DNA of 24,000 bases. It comes from Candidatus Pacearchaeota archaeon. GTDB taxonomy: Archaea > Nanobdellota > Nanobdellia > Pacearchaeales > UBA284. How positions within the stretch are numbered: position 1 is the first letter of the stretch; each line of letters starts with the position of its first letter. A program made the position numbers and the translations under genes. Below are positions 23,467-24,000 of the stretch, piece by piece. Below the pieces are notes generated by a model. The model saw nothing but the letters and a program-made list of their open reading frames with translations, was not told the DNA's origin and made no database searches. The DNA is taken from positions 10,930-34,929 of the forward strand of contig CP061211.1 of the NCBI GenBank assembly GCA_026016245.1, given 5' to 3'.

Positions 23467-24000
23467 TTAAGAAGGTTTAGGAGCTGGAGGCAAAGGTTTT
23501 GGTTTTCTTACTGGTTTTATTGGCATTGGTTTTGGCTTTATAGGTCTGGCTATTGGTTTTGCAGGCATTCTTACTGGCCTTGCTGGAGCTCTTCCTGGTG
23601 GCATTCTTCTTACAGGCCTAGATGGCATCATTCCAGGAAACTCCAATTTGGGTTTGGCTGGTTTTGCTTTCTTCCTTTTTTTAATGGATAGGAATATTAA
23701 AACACCTAATCCTAAGACTAAGAAAATGATGAGAGTTGTTAGCCATGGGAACACACTTGGTTTTTTACATTTCCCTAAACAACATCTGCTTGTATCAGAA
23801 GCTTCAACAATTGTTCCGTCACAAGCAAGGCTAGCATTACAGGCAGTTCCTCCTAAAGACGAACATGAACTTAAACAGCTTCCATCAACACAACATCTCG
23901 TAGCCTCACTTGTCTCATACATTGTTCCAGAACAAATCTGTCCAGCTTCACAAGAAACACCAGGACAGGTTTTTGGAATACATTTCCCTCCTTGGATACA
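23467..24000 (-). CDS. Cys-rich single-pass membrane protein with a Pro/Lys/Arg-rich cytoplasmic tail; N-terminus runs off the window
   Basis: The frame upstream of the track's ATG (23922) stays open to nt 24000 (CIQGGKCIPKTCPGVSCEAGQICSGT-MYETSEATRCCVDGSC...), so the gene is partial. The Cys-rich ectodomain is followed by the TM segment WLTTLIIFLVLGLGVLIFLSI. The 71-aa tail then contains 22 Pro by my count (ARPVRMPAKPIARPIKPKPMPIKPVRKPKPLPPAPKPS). Confidence 0.7.
   Translation of the reverse strand, partial: CIQGGKCIPKTCPGVSCEAGQICSGTMYETSEATRCCVDGSCLSSCSSLGGTACNASLACDGTIVEASDTSRCCLGKCKKPSVFPWLTTLIIFLVLGLGVLIFLSIKKRKKAKPAKPKLEFPGMMPSRPVRRMPPGRAPARPVRMPAKPIARPIKPKPMPIKPVRKPKPLPPAPKPS

Noticed and set aside
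1-24000. Scan for CRISPR arrays, IS elements, integrases, inteins in the RNAP genes, and rRNA genes
   Set aside because: No regularly spaced direct repeats, no transposase- or integrase-like ORF, no intein-like insertion in rpoA or rpoB, and no rRNA-like GC-rich structured region were seen by eye. Short or degenerate elements could have been missed without computational search.

Overview
AT-rich, lysine-rich archaeal chromosome segment. The gene content and style suggest a small-genome DPANN-type archaeon, but that placement is inference only.

Minus strand, about 1.3-10.0 kb: the core transcription operon rpoH, rpoB'' and rpoB' (split B), a single fused rpoA (A'+A'' in one 1170-aa ORF), rpl30e and nusA. 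These are followed by a HemK/Mtq2-type methyltransferase and a 94-aa Dph2 N-terminal fragment. A DUF429-like gene and RNase P subunit Rpp30 lie at the left edge.

Middle of the window: a small-ORF/TrmB/small-ORF operon, a small membrane protein, and an alpha/beta hydrolase. Two nearly abutting minus-strand tRNAs follow: tRNA-Arg(UCU) with a roughly 35-nt anticodon-loop intron, and tRNA-Cys(GCA). Next come a stand-alone GGDEF diguanylate-cyclase-like gene (unusual for an archaeon), tatD, a poly-Lys-tailed membrane ORF, dph5, and a wHTH-nucleotidyltransferase/HEPN pair.

Right third, 16.5-24.0 kb: a surface-protein island with three membrane-anchored secreted proteins.
- A 1407-aa giant with cysteine-rich caps, a beta-helix region, a duplicated module and two Big_2-like domains.
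- An 892-aa PKD-containing protein.
- A partial Cys-rich protein with a Pro/Lys/Arg-rich cytoplasmic tail.

No CRISPR array, transposase or integrase was seen. All domain calls come from reading motifs in the supplied translations; no database search was possible.
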